This document shows, one piece after another, positions 42,181 to 57,419 of a DNA stretch of 64,000 bases; within the stretch, counting starts at the first letter, position 1, and each line of letters opens with the position of its first letter. A program made the position numbers and the translations under genes. Below the pieces are notes generated by a model. It did no database searches. It was not told the origin of the DNA and worked only from the letters and a program-made list of their open reading frames with translations. Origin of the DNA: Neocallimastix sp. 'constans' (taxonomy: Eukaryota); assembly GCA_050613775.1 (NCBI GenBank), contig JBODTK010000138.1, forward strand, positions 1 to 64,000. Reading direction: 5' to 3'.

Positions 42181-42609
42181 TATTTCTTTATCTATTTCTT
42201 CTTTTTATTATTAATATTTATTATTATATATATACTGAAAGTACTTCCAACTAATCCATATAAATAAATAAATTAGTAATTAATGACGATAAATAAATAA
42301 ATAAATCATCAATTAATAATTAGATATAAATAATTAAATAATTATATAATAAAATTAAAATTAAATAATAATAATAACTATTAATTTTTAATAAGTGTTT
42401 AAAATTTTAAATGGAATCAGTTGATTTATGGATTAGGTTATTTTTTAAAGGAAGTCCATTTAAAATATGTATGATCTTTATACAACATTAACTTATCGTC
42501 ATATATATATAAATAACTTAAATTTTTGAATTTAAATATTGAAAAGTTCAATGTATATATATATAATATATATATTTATATATATTTTAACTTTTAATAC
42601 ATTTTTTTT

Positions 42610-42962
42610 ATAGACTTGGAAACAATGAGTATAAATGACAATTGGACATCGATGCTCTTCCCTTTTTATGTATGATAGTAACAATGATAATTATAATAAT
42701 TATTTACTATAAACTGTCTTTTAGTGTTTAGTCATCGATACAATTTAATCCCTAAAAATTAATAATAACAAAACTTTCCTCTAAAGTTGCATTCAAAAAG
42801 GGTATCTTTACCAGTGATCCCCTCTTGTACCATCTTTAGGAAGAGGTCAACGATACATTCTTCTCAGATAGAAGAGGAACCAGACGACTAATTGTATTTG
42901 ACTCATATATATACTCCATCCGAGTTCCTTATTAAGCTTAGAATAACCTACAAAATGCTCAA

Positions 42963-42997
<35 letters not shown>

Positions 42998-43488
42998 AAA
43001 AAATAAATGTGTTTATATTATTATAAACATATATGTATATAATGAAAAACTGAATAAACATATATTTATATATATTAATATTTATATTATTTTTAATTTT
43101 TATTTATTCATATTAGATAGATAGATTGATATTTAAAAATTAAAATTAAACTTAAACTAAAACATTATTAATTTAAAATATAAATTAAACTATTGAAATC
43201 AATAAAGAAAATCAAAAAAATAAAAAAAAAGGAAAAAGAAAAAATCAAAAAAAAAAAAAAATTTTATTTTTATTTTTATTTTTTTTTTTTTTGTTATTAG
43301 TTATAGATAAAATATATATTGGATCGACATTGACGAGACTTCATAAGAGGGATGAACGAACATTGAAAGGAAGGATATTAAAATTATAGAACGTACCGAT
43401 TCTATAATATGTTTAATATTTAATATATGAATGTTTTAAAATTCTGAAGGTAAGTGCTCCTACAGTAGCATCAATAAAAGCAAAAAAA

Positions 43489-43520
<32 letters not shown>

Positions 43521-43830
43521 CTTTCACCTGCTTTAGGGAAATGGTAAACTAATATCATTGATGTAGAGAAGATATTTTGAATTATTAGAATATAAACTGA
43601 TTTCTTCATTAAAACCACCACCAAGGATTAAATCTTCAATCCATATGAAAAGATAGGTAACAAATGTACAACATATTTAAGTGATGATTAATAACAAATC
43701 TAAATTTATTAGGAACGAAGAGACAAATAAAGAGGGCTAAAACATTTGAAGCAAATATGAAGAGATTATATTGAATCCCAAAGTGCTGCTGGCACAAAAA
43801 TCCAGTCTTAAATTAATTTATGAAGTAAAC
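42610..43830 (+). pseudogene. Unidentified decayed spliced gene
   Basis: GC-richer coding-like blocks with stops (GIFTSDPLLYHL*EEVNDTFFSDRRGTRRLIVFDS; QI*RDYIESQSAAGTKIQS) and a donor-like ag|gtaaaa at about 42963. Confidence 0.35.
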
Positions 43831-44318
43831 TTTGTTCTCTTTATGCTATTAATCTTAATTTATTAACCATTTATTTTACTTACTAATATATATTAACTTG
43901 TTTTTATCAAATAGTTTTGTAACTATATAATTATACTATATTATTAAAGTTTATGTAACTTTTATCATTTCTATTTATTTATATATTTATTTATATATTT
44001 ATTTATTTATATATTTATCAATCTATTTATTTATTTATTTATTTATTTAAAAAAAAAAAAAAATAAAAAATAACATTCGTTATTTAATTAATAAAATTGA
44101 AATTATTTTCATAATATATGAAAAACCGAAAAATTTAAATTTAAAAGCTTTGAAAAGAAATAAATAAATTTAATACAAAGAAAAGATAAAAATTTCTAAT
44201 ATTACAAAAAGATTTATATAACTTAAAATATATGGTTATATATTTTGACCATTAGAAGGAATAAATTTAGATTTTTGACATTAAATTAAAATAAATAATA
44301 ATAATAATAATAATAATA

Positions 44319-44551
44319 TTTTTTTTTTTTTTTTTTATAGGCTAAAGACTTTTGTCTCCCCCATATGTTAATATGGGTGTATGATTAACTGCCATACCAG
44401 TACGGCGTCGGCACTCTCAACTCCCCATAAGCAAAGAAACTCCATATAGAAACACCCTACGCGATCCTCAAAGGGAAAGCAGAGCCCACTATAGGTGGCA
44501 TTCATGCCATTCGAGAGAAGCTGGACACTGTAATCCTCTCAGACAAAGATT
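44319..44551 (-). mobile_element. Short GC-rich poly(A)-tailed retroposon (SINE-like or LINE 3' end) with long flanking duplication
   Basis: T-run 44319-44336 and GC-rich body with hairpins. 44226-44294 is repeated at 44552-44620 with two mismatches. Confidence 0.7.
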
Positions 44552-44619
44552 AAATATATAGTTATATATTTTGACCATTAGATGGAATAAATTTAGATTT
44601 TTGACATTAAATTAAAATA

Positions 44620-44992
<373 letters not shown>

Positions 44993-45880
44993 ATTTTTAT
45001 ATAATTATGATTATATTTAAATAATAATTATATTTAAAATAATAATTATATTTTTTATTATTAACAATTATTTTACTATAAATATAATTATATATATATA
45101 TATATATTCTCAATAAAAGATAAAAATTGTCAATAATTTATAATATATAATTATATATAATTTCATTAAATAAAAATTTTCGAGACTAAAAAAAAAAAAA
45201 AAAAAAAAAAAAGGACTATTTCATTATATTAATATTTTTTTTTTTTATTCCAATAAAAATAAATTTTATTGGATTATTAATTAATTTATTAATTATTATT
45301 TATAGATTTTAACTACTAAAGCATTGAAGCTTTATAATAAAAATACACACTTTCTATGATATTTATAGCAATACAATAATTGAATATAAATTAATTTTAT
45401 TAAAACCATTAATTTTAATATCAAAGAAGTCACTAATTTTTAAAGAATTGATATAAAAAAGTTTTATTTAAATAATAAAAATGTCCTATATTATATATAT
45501 ATTTATAATTGATAGTAAAAAGACAGTTACAATATATTGAGTTAATGAAATATATAAAAAAAAATTATTTTATTTAATTATTTATTTATTTATTAATTTT
45601 TTCATATATATATTTATGAAAGTTTATATATTCTTTATTTTTTTAAATTGATATTATTTATTTATTTATTAGTATTATTAATGACATTAATTATAATAAT
45701 CGTAATATATTGATGATATTATAATATTAAAATTAAAATTGTTATTATTAACAGTTATTTGAATAAAAATAAAAAAAAAAAAAAAAAAAAAAAAAAAATA
45801 AATTTTTTTTTTTATTTTTTTTTTATTTATTTTTTTTTTTTAGGTTAGAAATATTTAACATGTTTTACTTTTATTCAAAT

Positions 45881-45922
<42 letters not shown>

Positions 45923-46308
45923 CTTCTATTCTTTTTTGTATCATTAATGTATAATTATAATATATATTAAGAATAAAATTTAATTATCCTTTTTGTTGTT
46001 TTTTATTTTTTATTTTATTATTATTATTTTTTTTCTTTTGTTTTATTTTATTTTATTATGTTTATTTTGTTTATTTATTTATTTATTTATTTATTTTTTT
46101 TTTTTGTTTATTTTATTTCATCGTTATAGTTCATTTGTTTTAGTTTGTTTTATTTTGTTTGTTTTAGTTTATCTTGTTTTATTTTATTTTATTTTTCTTT
46201 GATGATTGTTATAGAAATGTTCCAGATAAATTTACTTTTTTTTTCTTATTTTTTTCTTATTTTTTATTATAAAAAAAAAAAAAAATAAATAAAATAAAAT
46301 AATAAAAA

Positions 46309-46348
<40 letters not shown>

Positions 46349-46585
46349 AAAAAGAAAAAAAAAAAAAAAAACTTTTTAATCTATACTGATATATAATGAA
46401 ACACCATAACGTTTTTTTTTTTTTTTTTTTTATTTATTATTTTTTATATTTTCCTCATTTATTTATTCTTAAATTTACTAATATCAAAATTATATATAAT
46501 AGCTATTATGATTGATAATATTAATAATATAATAATATTATTTTGTACTGATAAATAAATAAATATATTTATTTATCAATCTATG

Positions 46586-46616
<31 letters not shown>

Positions 46617-46788
46617 CGATAAATTTATATTTTTATTATTTTATTATTTTATTATTTTATATTTATTTTATTATTTTATATTTATTTTATTAATTAATTA
46701 TTTATTTATTATTTTTCATTAATAAATAAAAAAAAATATATTTATCAATTGATTTTATTTATTTATTTATCTATTTATTTATTCTTTG

Positions 46789-46830
<42 letters not shown>

Positions 46831-46834
46831 TTTT

Positions 46835-47938
46835 TTAACTATTCACGATGCCTTTACATAAATCATCTAAAGCCATTTGACAATTGTTACTATCATAGTT
46901 CTTTTTTACAACTAATTCAGTATCAGGGTTTTCTTTAGTTATCATTTCTATTTTTTCCATTATTTTTTTAAATGCAGTTTTTATACCATCTTCTTCTGCT
47001 AATTCGGGAATATAAAAAATGGTAGAATTATCATTTACTAAATCTGCTTGAATTGTAAATGCATACACGCCATGATTTTGTATTTCTTTTAAACCGATAG
47101 CACCAGTATCAAAAAATGAAAAATAAATAATAAATTTAGAATCATTGGCCCATTCTATCATTTTTTTCTTATCATAACCTCCATAATTCATTTTCACTAT
47201 ATTTTTATCAGTTTTATTTAAAAGTCCATATAATTCTTCTCCCTGCTTTGAATGATCTAAATCAGCATATTTTTCGTAATATAAAATATCTATTGGTCTC
47301 TCTTTAAAACTTTTTATCTTATTATTAGGTTTTAAATTTGTACAAGCACGCATATTTATAAATTTATGAAGTAAAGAGGTTGAATTTGATTTTTCTGCTA
47401 AATGATTTCTAACTCTATCTGAATGTACTACCATTGCTTTTACTTTCTCTAAATATTTTGGAAAATTTTTTTCCTTCCAATAATTTTGTTGTGGAAACTT
47501 AAACCAATTGGATGGTACAAAATTTGGACCTAAAAGAAGTCTATTAGAATTATTGGTGTTAATCCATTCATCTAATTGCTTTTCATTTAATCTTGGCAAT
47601 GACATATAAAAATAATCTACTTCATTTTTTGTACTCTCTATTGAAATGTTTTTCGAAGGAATAAATTCACAATATTTATTACTATATGGTAAAAATTCAT
47701 TTATTCCTTTTATAAAGGCAATTGGTCCTGCATTCCTATGACTACTTACAGGATTAATATCAACTTCTATTGAAATTCTTCTCGTATTATTTACATCTAT
47801 TATATCTGATAAAAAGGATTTAAAATAACTACCATTAACTAAAGTATTATATCTATATATCGTTGCAAAATTAAATATATTTATAATGAAAAATAGAATG
47901 ATAAATATTATAAATAGATATTTAATTTTCTCATTCAT
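46835..47938 (-). CDS. Type II membrane protein, putative GT-B fold glycosyltransferase (367 aa, intronless)
   Basis: N-terminal signal anchor. LLLGPNF and SKFIIYFSFFDTGAIGLKEIQNHGV resemble the GT-B donor-binding E-x7-E region (here D-x7-E). Confidence 0.65.
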   Translation of the reverse strand: MNEKIKYLFIIFIILFFIINIFNFATIYRYNTLVNGSYFKSFLSDIIDVNNTRRISIEVDINPVSSHRNAGPIAFIKGINEFLPYSNKYCEFIPSKNISIESTKNEVDYFYMSLPRLNEKQLDEWINTNNSNRLLLGPNFVPSNWFKFPQQNYWKEKNFPKYLEKVKAMVVHSDRVRNHLAEKSNSTSLLHKFINMRACTNLKPNNKIKSFKERPIDILYYEKYADLDHSKQGEELYGLLNKTDKNIVKMNYGGYDKKKMIEWANDSKFIIYFSFFDTGAIGLKEIQNHGVYAFTIQADLVNDNSTIFYIPELAEEDGIKTAFKKIMEKIEMITKENPDTELVVKKNYDSNNCQMALDDLCKGIVNS

Positions 47939-48806
47939 TTTGAATAAATAAATAAATAAAAAATAAATCTAATAAAATATAACAAAAAAAAATTTTTTTT
48001 TTTTTTTTTTTTTTCAATAATAGGTATTAAAAATTTTTATATTTAAAAAATGAAAAATAAAAAAAAATAAAAAATAAAAAATAAAATAAAATAAAATAAA
48101 AAAAAAAAAAAAAATGAAAATATGAAATATAACAAATGATTACCAAATATGAAAAACTTTATTTATTATAATATTTAAAAATTTTAAAAAACAAAAAAAA
48201 AAAACAAAAAAAAAAAAAACAAAACAAAAAACAAAAATTTTGTTACATTTACAATATTTTTAATACATTAATATTTGTTATTAATAATTTTATTATACAT
48301 AATTTCCTTGAATTAACATATATAATTGAAATTATGAATTCAAAGCCACATTCATTATTAACCGTTTATATTTATTGTTAAGTATAAGTAACTGTGGATT
48401 GTACATTTCCCAATGTGGATTATAATAATTTAAAAATAAAGCCATACATTTTTAATATATTCTATACAATCATAAATTATTATTTTAAAAGAAATAATAT
48501 AATTTTTACAATTAAATATTATAAAGTATTATTTCAAAAGAAATAATAATATATTCTATTAAAAAATAATTACAAAAAATTATTTTTATAATTGAATATT
48601 AATAAATTATATATATAGAAAAAAGAATATTTATAATTTATTTAATTATTATTTATTTAATATTATAAACAAGCCACTTATAAATACGCCATATTGTGAA
48701 ATGAACGATTGCGAAATGCACTAGATTCAAGTAAACTTTCTTTATCTATTTAAATACTAATCTTACACATTAATCATTTAAAGCCATTAAAAATTATTAA
48801 CATTAT

Positions 48807-48839
<33 letters not shown>

Positions 48840-48842
<3 letters not shown>

Positions 48843-49560
48843 TCATTTCAATAAAAGGAATTTCTTTAGTTATCATCATGTCTATTTTTTTTTTTATTAT
48901 TATTATTATTTCTTTTCATCATTTTTTTTATATAAAAATTCTTTACTATTTTCTTTTTTCTTAATTCAGAAATATAGAAAATAATAGAATTAGTATGAAT
49001 ATATATAATATCTATTGATCTTTCATTGAAAAAAATTTTTTTTTTTTTTTAATTTTTTCAATAGGTTTTGAATTTGTGTTGCAATATATATGAATCACAG
49101 AAGCTATTTTTTCTGCTAATTCATTTTTTAACTTTAATTAAATATATCACCATCTCTTTTGCTACCGTTACACAATCAGAAAACCTTTTTTTTTTTTTTT
49201 TTTTTTTTTTTTTCCAAATTTTTTGTAATAGGAATTTAAAGAGCAATGGTACAAAATTTAGAATTAATAGATGTCTAATAGAAATTATTAGTTTTAATTC
49301 ATTTATTACAATTCAATTTACTTAGCTTTGGTAATGACATATAAAAGTAAACTTACTTCATCTTTTATATATATATTAATGTAATTTTGTTCGACCGAGC
49401 GAAGTTATAATACTATAGTCGTTATTACTATACAGTAAAACTTTATTAATTGTTCTACTAAATATAAATAATATTCCATTTTTTTTTTTTTTTTTTATCT
49501 AATGATGGATTAATATCAACTTTTATTAATTTTTTTTTTCAAATGTCCATAATGCTATTA
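48840..49560 (-). pseudogene. Decayed tandem paralog of the 46835-47938 gene
   Basis: ggtaatgacatataaaagtaaacttacttcat (about 49330) matches ggcaatgacatataaaaataatctacttcat (about 47595); ggattaatatcaactt is shared. Translates to MSLPKL, NFVP, ELAEK, CNTNSKP. Confidence 0.8.
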
Positions 49561-49734
49561 ATAATTAAAAGAAGAATTAATTAAATTATTTCTACTATAT
49601 ATTTTAAAATTTATTTATATATAATGAAAAATGGAAATATAAATGGGAAAATTTGATTTCATATACAAAAATATTTATTTCATTTAAAAAATTTTTTAAG
49701 ATATTAATATTTATTATTATTAACAAAACAAATA

Positions 49735-49935
49735 AAGGTCTGAATATGCAAATTTTTCATAATAAATATAAAGAGATCCTTCTTGATTATTCTAATAACC
49801 AAATATTGAAATAGAAAATGTTTAGGAAATATTGGTTTAAATAGTTGACTTGATAACTCTTATTAACTATATTTTTGTTATGACCAATGAAGTGGAATCC
49901 AAGTCTTTTGACTAGTAGAAGGCTAATACTCCTCT
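49735..49935 (-). pseudogene. Second, more deleted paralog fragment of the same gene
   Basis: YIYYEKFAYSD versus DILYYEKYADLD; PLHW versus PSNW. Confidence 0.5.
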
Positions 49936-50499
49936 TTCTAATTTTTTTTTTTTTTTTTTACGTGTCAATGACCATAAAAAAAAAAGATTAATAAAAAATA
50001 TTAAAAAAAAATATATATATAAAAAAAAAAAAAAAAGAATATGGACTTTAATTTTATGTGGCTTTATATTTTAAATTAATGATGATACTTTTTAATTATG
50101 GCGTATTTATCATTAATTTATCCTCTTTTTACATTAAATATTTTTAGTTATATATTTAATATAAAAGATTTATTTAAATATCAAAATAATTTTTTTTTTT
50201 TTTTCTAATGTCAATTAAATATTCATGCATATTTCCATTGTAATAAATGATTTTAAAATATAATTTCATTTTACATAAAAAGCATATTTCCATTGTAATA
50301 AATGATTTTAAAATATAATTTCATTTTACATAAAAAGAAAGTTTTGTAAGTTTTGAAAGCCATAATTGTTCACAATTTTTTACAGATGAATGAAAAAATC
50401 AAATGGCCAATAGGAATTCAATACACCCATCCAATCATACTATAAAAATCAAACTTTTATTTATTAATAAAAAAATAATAATAATTAAGTTTAAATATT

Positions 50500-50895
50500 T
50501 ATTATTTATTATTTAATTAAATTTTATTTATTTATTATTTATTTATTATTTATTTATTATTTATTATTTATTTATTTATTATTTAATATTTATTTATTTA
50601 ATATTTATTATTTATTTATTTAATATTTAATATTTAATATTTAATATTTATTATTTATTATTTATTATTTATTATTTATTATTTATTATTTATTATTTAT
50701 TATTTATTATTTATTATTCAATTATTTATTATTCAATTATTTATTATTTAATTATTTATTATTTATTATGTATTATTTATTATTTAATTATTTATTATTT
50801 ATTATTTATTATTTATTATTTATTATTTATTTATTTAATATTTAATATTTAATATTTATTATTTATTATTTATTATTTATTATTTATTATTTATT
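50500..50895. repeat. (TTATTTA)n heptamer satellite
   Basis: Tandem heptamers. The same unit occurs at about 40900-41085 and in opposite orientation at 51820-52380. Confidence 0.9.
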
Positions 50896-51819
50896 TCTTA
50901 AAAAATAAAAAACTAATATTAAATTGTATCACATAACGTACGTATACAGTAATTCTGATTATGTACATTTATATTCTTTTTTTTTTTGCCTTAAAATATC
51001 CACTTTTTTTTTTTTTTTTTAAAAAAATCCATACATTATTTTTAAGAAAAAGAAATATTAATATAATTCTTAATTTATAATAAAAGATATGAATTATATA
51101 TGCTAAAATTGTGATATAATCTATTATAAGATAATAAATAAAAATCTTGAATATTTCTTACATTCATGTATTTGATGAAATACATCATTTTTTATTTCAC
51201 AATAAAAAAAAAAAAGATCTAAAATTTTAACCAGTAATTATAGCTAGAATATTAGATATTAACCACAAATATGGTAAAAAAAATAATATTTTATTCTATG
51301 AAGTGAATATTCCATTTTTGTTTCTTTATAATGTTGGTGGTTATAATAAGTAATACCATTTCTTGATGGAGGAAGTTCTTCAAGGATTAAGTTTTATGAA
51401 AGAATCAAAAAAAAAAAAAAAAAAAAAAGATCAAATTTACATATATATTAATTTAGTCTTTCTTTAATATTTATATATTTTATTATTATATGTAACCCAA
51501 TTAATTTAGAATATATGTTAAGGTATATAAATTACAGAAATTAATATAAATCATGAGCTATTTAAAAAATTTATATATTATTAAATATACTTTATTATAA
51601 AGTTTAGTTGTATATTTTATTTATTTATTTATATGGTAACTTTACCAATGATATACATTGTAATATAAGTTCAATGTATTTGTATTATAACCAAATACAT
51701 ATAAATTAATTATTATATTGAAAATATTATACAATATATTACAATATATATATATAATATAAAATTAATATTATAAAAAACTTTTTTCCTTTATGGTTAT
51801 TTAAGAGAATAAATAAATA

Positions 51820-52277
51820 AGTAAATAAATAAATAATAAATAAATAAATAATAAATAAATAAATAAATAATAAATAATAAATTATTGAATAATAAATAAT
51901 AAACAATAAATTATTGAATAATAAATAATAAATAATAAATAATAAATAATAAATAATAATAATAAAAAGAGTTATTAATAAATAATAAATAATAAATAAT
52001 AAATAATAAATAATAAATAATAATAAATAATAAATAGTAAATAATAAATAATAAATAATAAATAATAAATAATAAATAATAAATAATAAATAATAAATAA
52101 TAAATAATAAATAATAAATAATAAATAATAAATAATAAATAATAAATTATAAATAATAAATAATTGAATAATAAATAATAAATAATAAATAATAAATAAT
52201 AAATTATAAATAATAAATTATTGAATAATAAATATTAATAATAAATAATAAATAATAAATAATGGAATAATTAATAA

Positions 52278-52353
<76 letters not shown>

Positions 52354-52380
52354 AAATAAATAAATAAATAAATAAATAAT
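51820..52380. repeat. (TAAATAA)n/(AAAT)n satellite
   Basis: Tandem heptamers then tetramers. Confidence 0.9.
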
Positions 52381-52588
52381 ATTTTTATTCTTAATTGATA
52401 ATTATTATATATTTTTTAATAATTAGAGTTGATTTCTCATAATGAAAATTTTTTTTTATTTGATGGTTTTTTTTGTTAATTAATGTAATTTATAAAAAAA
52501 ATTTTTTTTTTATTTTTTCTTATATTAAATTCATTTAATAATAGTAAATAAAAAAAAAAAAAAAGTAGACTTTATATTAATCAATAAA

Positions 52589-52636
<48 letters not shown>

Positions 52637-53759
52637 AAGAATCATTTCATACATAAAAAATAATAATATAGTATAAAAGATTATTATATATACAAATCAA
52701 GTATTTGATTCTTTTGTACAATAAACTAATAGAAAGAAAAGATGTAAAAAAGTTTTACAATATACACCAAAAAAGAAAAAAAGTAGTTTTTATAAAATTT
52801 GTGAAAAAAATCAACATAGATTTATTTAAAAATATATATTTACTTTTTATTTATTTGTGAATGTTAATACCAATAATATCAAAACAGTTAAATGTTTGAT
52901 TAAATTATATATCCAGAAAATTAAAGAGTTAAATAAAGAGAAAAAAAAAAGTATTATTATGTCATAAGTTTATATTTTTTTTTCTTATACTCAATTATAT
53001 TACAATAATTTACAATAAAAATAAATTATATAAGTAAAAGTATTCTTTTTCTTAATTAATTAAACTTGTAATATAAAATTTTCTATACTATATTATTGTT
53101 GAGTATCTTTAATATTTCACTCTTTTTTTTTTTTTATTATTTTATTTTTAATTATAAATATTTAAATTTTAACTGTTAAGTCATAATTTAAATTAAAAAA
53201 AGAAAAAAAAAAAAAGAGAAAAAATAGTAAAACAAATAATAATTTTTTATGAAAAAGGTAAAAATTTTATAAAAAAAAATTAAAATATTTTGTTATATAG
53301 GAAAATAATGATAAAATTTGAATATTATATATTATTATTAATATAAAGAATATATATATATATATTTTTTATATTGTAAATAGTTTATATTGTAAAAAAA
53401 AAAAAAGAAATTATATATATATATATAAACAAAAATTATAATATTTATAAGGAAATTTTTTTATTATAGAAATTCTTTAATTAAAATTTGAAATTTTAAT
53501 TCATATATCAGAATTAATATGATATTTGTACTTATAATAAATATAAAATAATTTAACTAACTTTAAAATTTATTGTTTTTATTAAATATTATCTATTATT
53601 AACATGTATATATAAATGTATTATTTTTCGAATTCAAAAACATTTATATGTTTAGATTTTTTTAAATACTTCTTATCAAAAAGATCGAACTTTTTAAATA
53701 CGATATAATTTATAATTATAATACATTTACCCTTTTTTTTTTTTTTTTTTTTTTGAACA

Positions 53760-54495
53760 ATGTCAACCGTAGAAAAATCAACTGAAGCCGTAGTTACAGC
53801 TTCAACTAAAAGCAACTTATTTAATAAAAAATTAATAATTGCTGGTATAACATCATTGTCACTCGGTGGTATATTATGTTACTACTTAACTCCATATTTG
53901 AAAAGGAGAAGAATAAAAAATTATATAGAACATCATAATTTAAATTCAAATTGTTATGAATATTTAGATATATTCCAATCACAAGCTATTTCTCCTTTAG
54001 TTAGATCTGTATTAAAACATATTTTAGTAGCTGATAACTTTTTAAATCCAGATGAATTATATTTACCTGAATTTAAGGAACAAACTAATCAATTAATTCA
54101 ACAAATTAGTGAAAGTTATACTGGAGGAAAATTTTTGTTATTAGAAGGTTGCAAGGGTAATGGCAAAGGATATGCTTTAAGAGCTTGGGCTAAAAAGGAA
54201 AAAAGAGTTTGTGTTTATCTTGGATTAAAACAAAGTTTTAGAAGGGCAGCAAATCATACAACAATACCATCAAATGATATATCATCATCTATTGATCCTC
54301 ACGCTACTTCAGCTCCAAAATCAGAAGAAAAACCACATTATTTGGATGAAACAACTTCTGCTACTGCTTTAGACAGTATTTCATTAACTTCATTACAAGA
54401 AGTTCAAGAAAGTTTATTTAGCGATATTCCAGAAAGAAATTTATTTATTTTTGGTTTATTAGAAGCGTTTGGTTTCTTTTCCATAGGTAAGAAAA

Positions 54496-54526
<31 letters not shown>

Positions 54527-55157
54527 TTTTAAATATAAATATATGAAAATATTCTCTCTAAATAAAAATCTATATAGATATTTAATATAAAACATAATAA
54601 ATATAATATTATATATTATATATAAAAATAATATATATTTAAAATGAATAGTTAGATATAATAGAATATTTATTCTCTCTATATTAATATAAATATATAT
54701 TTTTTTTCCTTTAAATTATAAATTTCTTATAATTATGAATTTTAATAATTTAGATACATTCTCTAATCCTCAACAAAAACCAACTAGAAATACTATTATT
54801 AACAGTATTAATGAACATAAACAATTTTTACATCCAAGATTACTATCCGAAGCCTTCAAAGAAATTGAAACTGTATTACAATATATATGTTTAAGAAGTA
54901 ATACAGGACCAGTTCTTTTTATTTTAGATGATATTCAATTATTATTTAATGAACAAGAATTAGTTAGTCAATATGATAGCGCTTTAACTATTCTTCAATG
55001 GATATTAAAGTGTCAAAAGAATGGTTTAATGGACGTTGTATTCTGTAGTTCAGAAAGATCTGTTATTACCTCAATAAAAAAATGTAAGAAAAATAAATAT
55101 TTAACATGATCAATAAAATATATATATTTAATATTCTAAGGAAATTAAAAATACAAC

Positions 55158-55198
<41 letters not shown>

Positions 55199-56445
55199 TA
55201 GTAGTTGTAATAATATTAAATAATAAAATTTAAACATTTTATAAATAAATAATTTTTATTAATAATCATAATAAAAATTTACAACAATAGTTATTATAAT
55301 AATAGTACTAATAATAATAATTATTATTTATATTGATATTATATTAATTAGTAAAGGGATTTGAAAAATTCTTAACTACTAAAGTTGTAGAAGATGTTGA
55401 AACCTCAAAAATTGAAAAATACTTATTACGTGATGTTAATAAATTGTTAAGTGATAAGTGTAAATTTACAAAAGATAGTGCAAGAGATTTTGCCTATTAT
55501 TTCTCTTCTAACTTTGAAGAAATAGAAAATTATTGTAAATCAAAGTTACCTGTTAAGAGTAAGTTCTTAAATTATTTAGATCAGCAAATATGTATAAATA
55601 TATTTATATTTATTATTAGATATTTATTATTAACTGTTTATATATATATATATATTTATATGTTTACTAATAAAATTTGTTTTCATTATTATTTTTAATT
55701 CATATATTCTATTTATTTATTTTTATATTTTGCATTTTATATTTTATAATTTATATTTTATATATTTTTATTTTAAATTTTATATTTTATATTTTATATT
55801 TTTTTATATTTTTATATTTAATATTTTATATATTATATTTTATATATTTTTATTTTATATTTTTCTATTTTATTTATTATTATTATTATTCATTCATTCA
55901 TTCATTATTATTACTATTTTAATTTAATTAATCAAAAAGAATATATTGAATTAAGAAGAAAAGATTACAAAGATCTTGTTCAACAATTCTTTGAAGAAAC
56001 ACCAGGCTTTGAATTATACCCAGCTTTTGTTGATCCATACAGTACACCACCAAAAGATATTTTAAAGGATTTAATTTTAGAGTTAATGATGAATTGTATA
56101 TTAAGCTTAGATAATGTACTTCCTGCAAGAAATGGTGATTCTAAGAAATGGGCATTTGTACAAAATATGATTAATCATAAATTATTAAGATGGGTACCTA
56201 TGAAGAAGAGACCAATTCAACATATTCCTGCTTCATCTTATACATTTATTCCATCTATGGATACTTCATTACTAGGGGGCGCTAATGATGAAAATTCTAC
56301 AAACTATTGGCAAACATTAAGTAGTAACAATTGGAAGGATGATGTTGTTGTTCAATCTGAACAATATCCTTTAGATCTTGATCTAACTTTCTATAATCCA
56401 TTTATTCGAGAAATATTGGAACAATGGTTTAATCAAGAACTTTAA
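53760..56445 (+). CDS. Membrane-anchored P-loop NTPase-like protein; exons 53760-54486, 54754-55083, 55352-55558, 55940-56445 (589 aa)
   Basis: GT-AG introns splice in frame (1770 nt). N-terminal TM, Walker A-like LLLEGCKGNGKG, Walker B-like VLFILDDIQ. Confidence 0.8.
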
Positions 56446-56696
56446 AAAAAAAAAAAAAAAAAAAGAAAAAGAAAAGAAAAAAAAAAAAAAATATAAAGTA
56501 AAAATTTAAAAATATTAACTCCCTCCTCTTCCTTCCCCCCATTTTTTATTTTTTTTTTTTTTTTAATTTTTTTTTATTTTTTATAATATGATATTAATTA
56601 TTTTAATAATTTAATGATTAATATAATTAGTACCAAAATATATAAACAATAAAAGTTCAAATAAATAAAATAAAATAAAAATTAATAAAATAATTT

Positions 56697-56740
<44 letters not shown>

Positions 56741-57179
56741 AGCAAATCCTGTAAATCAAAACAGTAAAATCTATATATAAATAATGCAGAAATAAATCCA
56801 TTAGAAAAATAATAATAGTAAAAGTCACATCAACATATATTTCATATGCATTTAAGAAGAATAAAGAATAAAGTTAATTATAATAATAAAATAATAAAAA
56901 AAAAAAAAATTAAAAAAAAAAAAAAAATAAATAAATAAAATAAATAAAATAATAATAATAATAATAAATAAATAAATTTATAAAAAATAAAAATAAAAAT
57001 AAAAAATAAAAAAATAAAAAAAAATAAAACAAATGAAAGAAAGGAATTATATAATAATAAAAAAAAGTTCCTTTTCTGATTTTTTTTTTTTTTTTTTATT
57101 TTAATTTTAAAAGTATAAAATTTTATTTTAATTTTTTATTTTTACCAATAATTTATTATTATAATTTTCTTTTTCTTTT

Positions 57180-57214
<35 letters not shown>

Positions 57215-57264
57215 TATATATATTATATTTGTCATAAATATAGTATTGTTTTTTATTATAATTT

Positions 57265-57312
<48 letters not shown>

Positions 57313-57371
57313 AAGAATTACCTAGTTTAAAACCCATCCTTTTAAACAAATTATTAAACTATTAATGGTTT

Positions 57372-57419
<48 letters not shown>

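Noticed and set aside
49390..49410. ccgagcgaag resembling a Helitron 3' motif
   Set aside because: No complementary hairpin arm or terminal CTRR at the expected distance.
50227..50336. 55-bp tandem duplication
   Set aside because: Two adjacent copies without a spacer; ordinary slippage, not a CRISPR-like array.
51230..51410. Possible third GT paralog fragment (NILFYE, GGYNK on +)
   Set aside because: Similarity is too short and ambiguous in strand to support.
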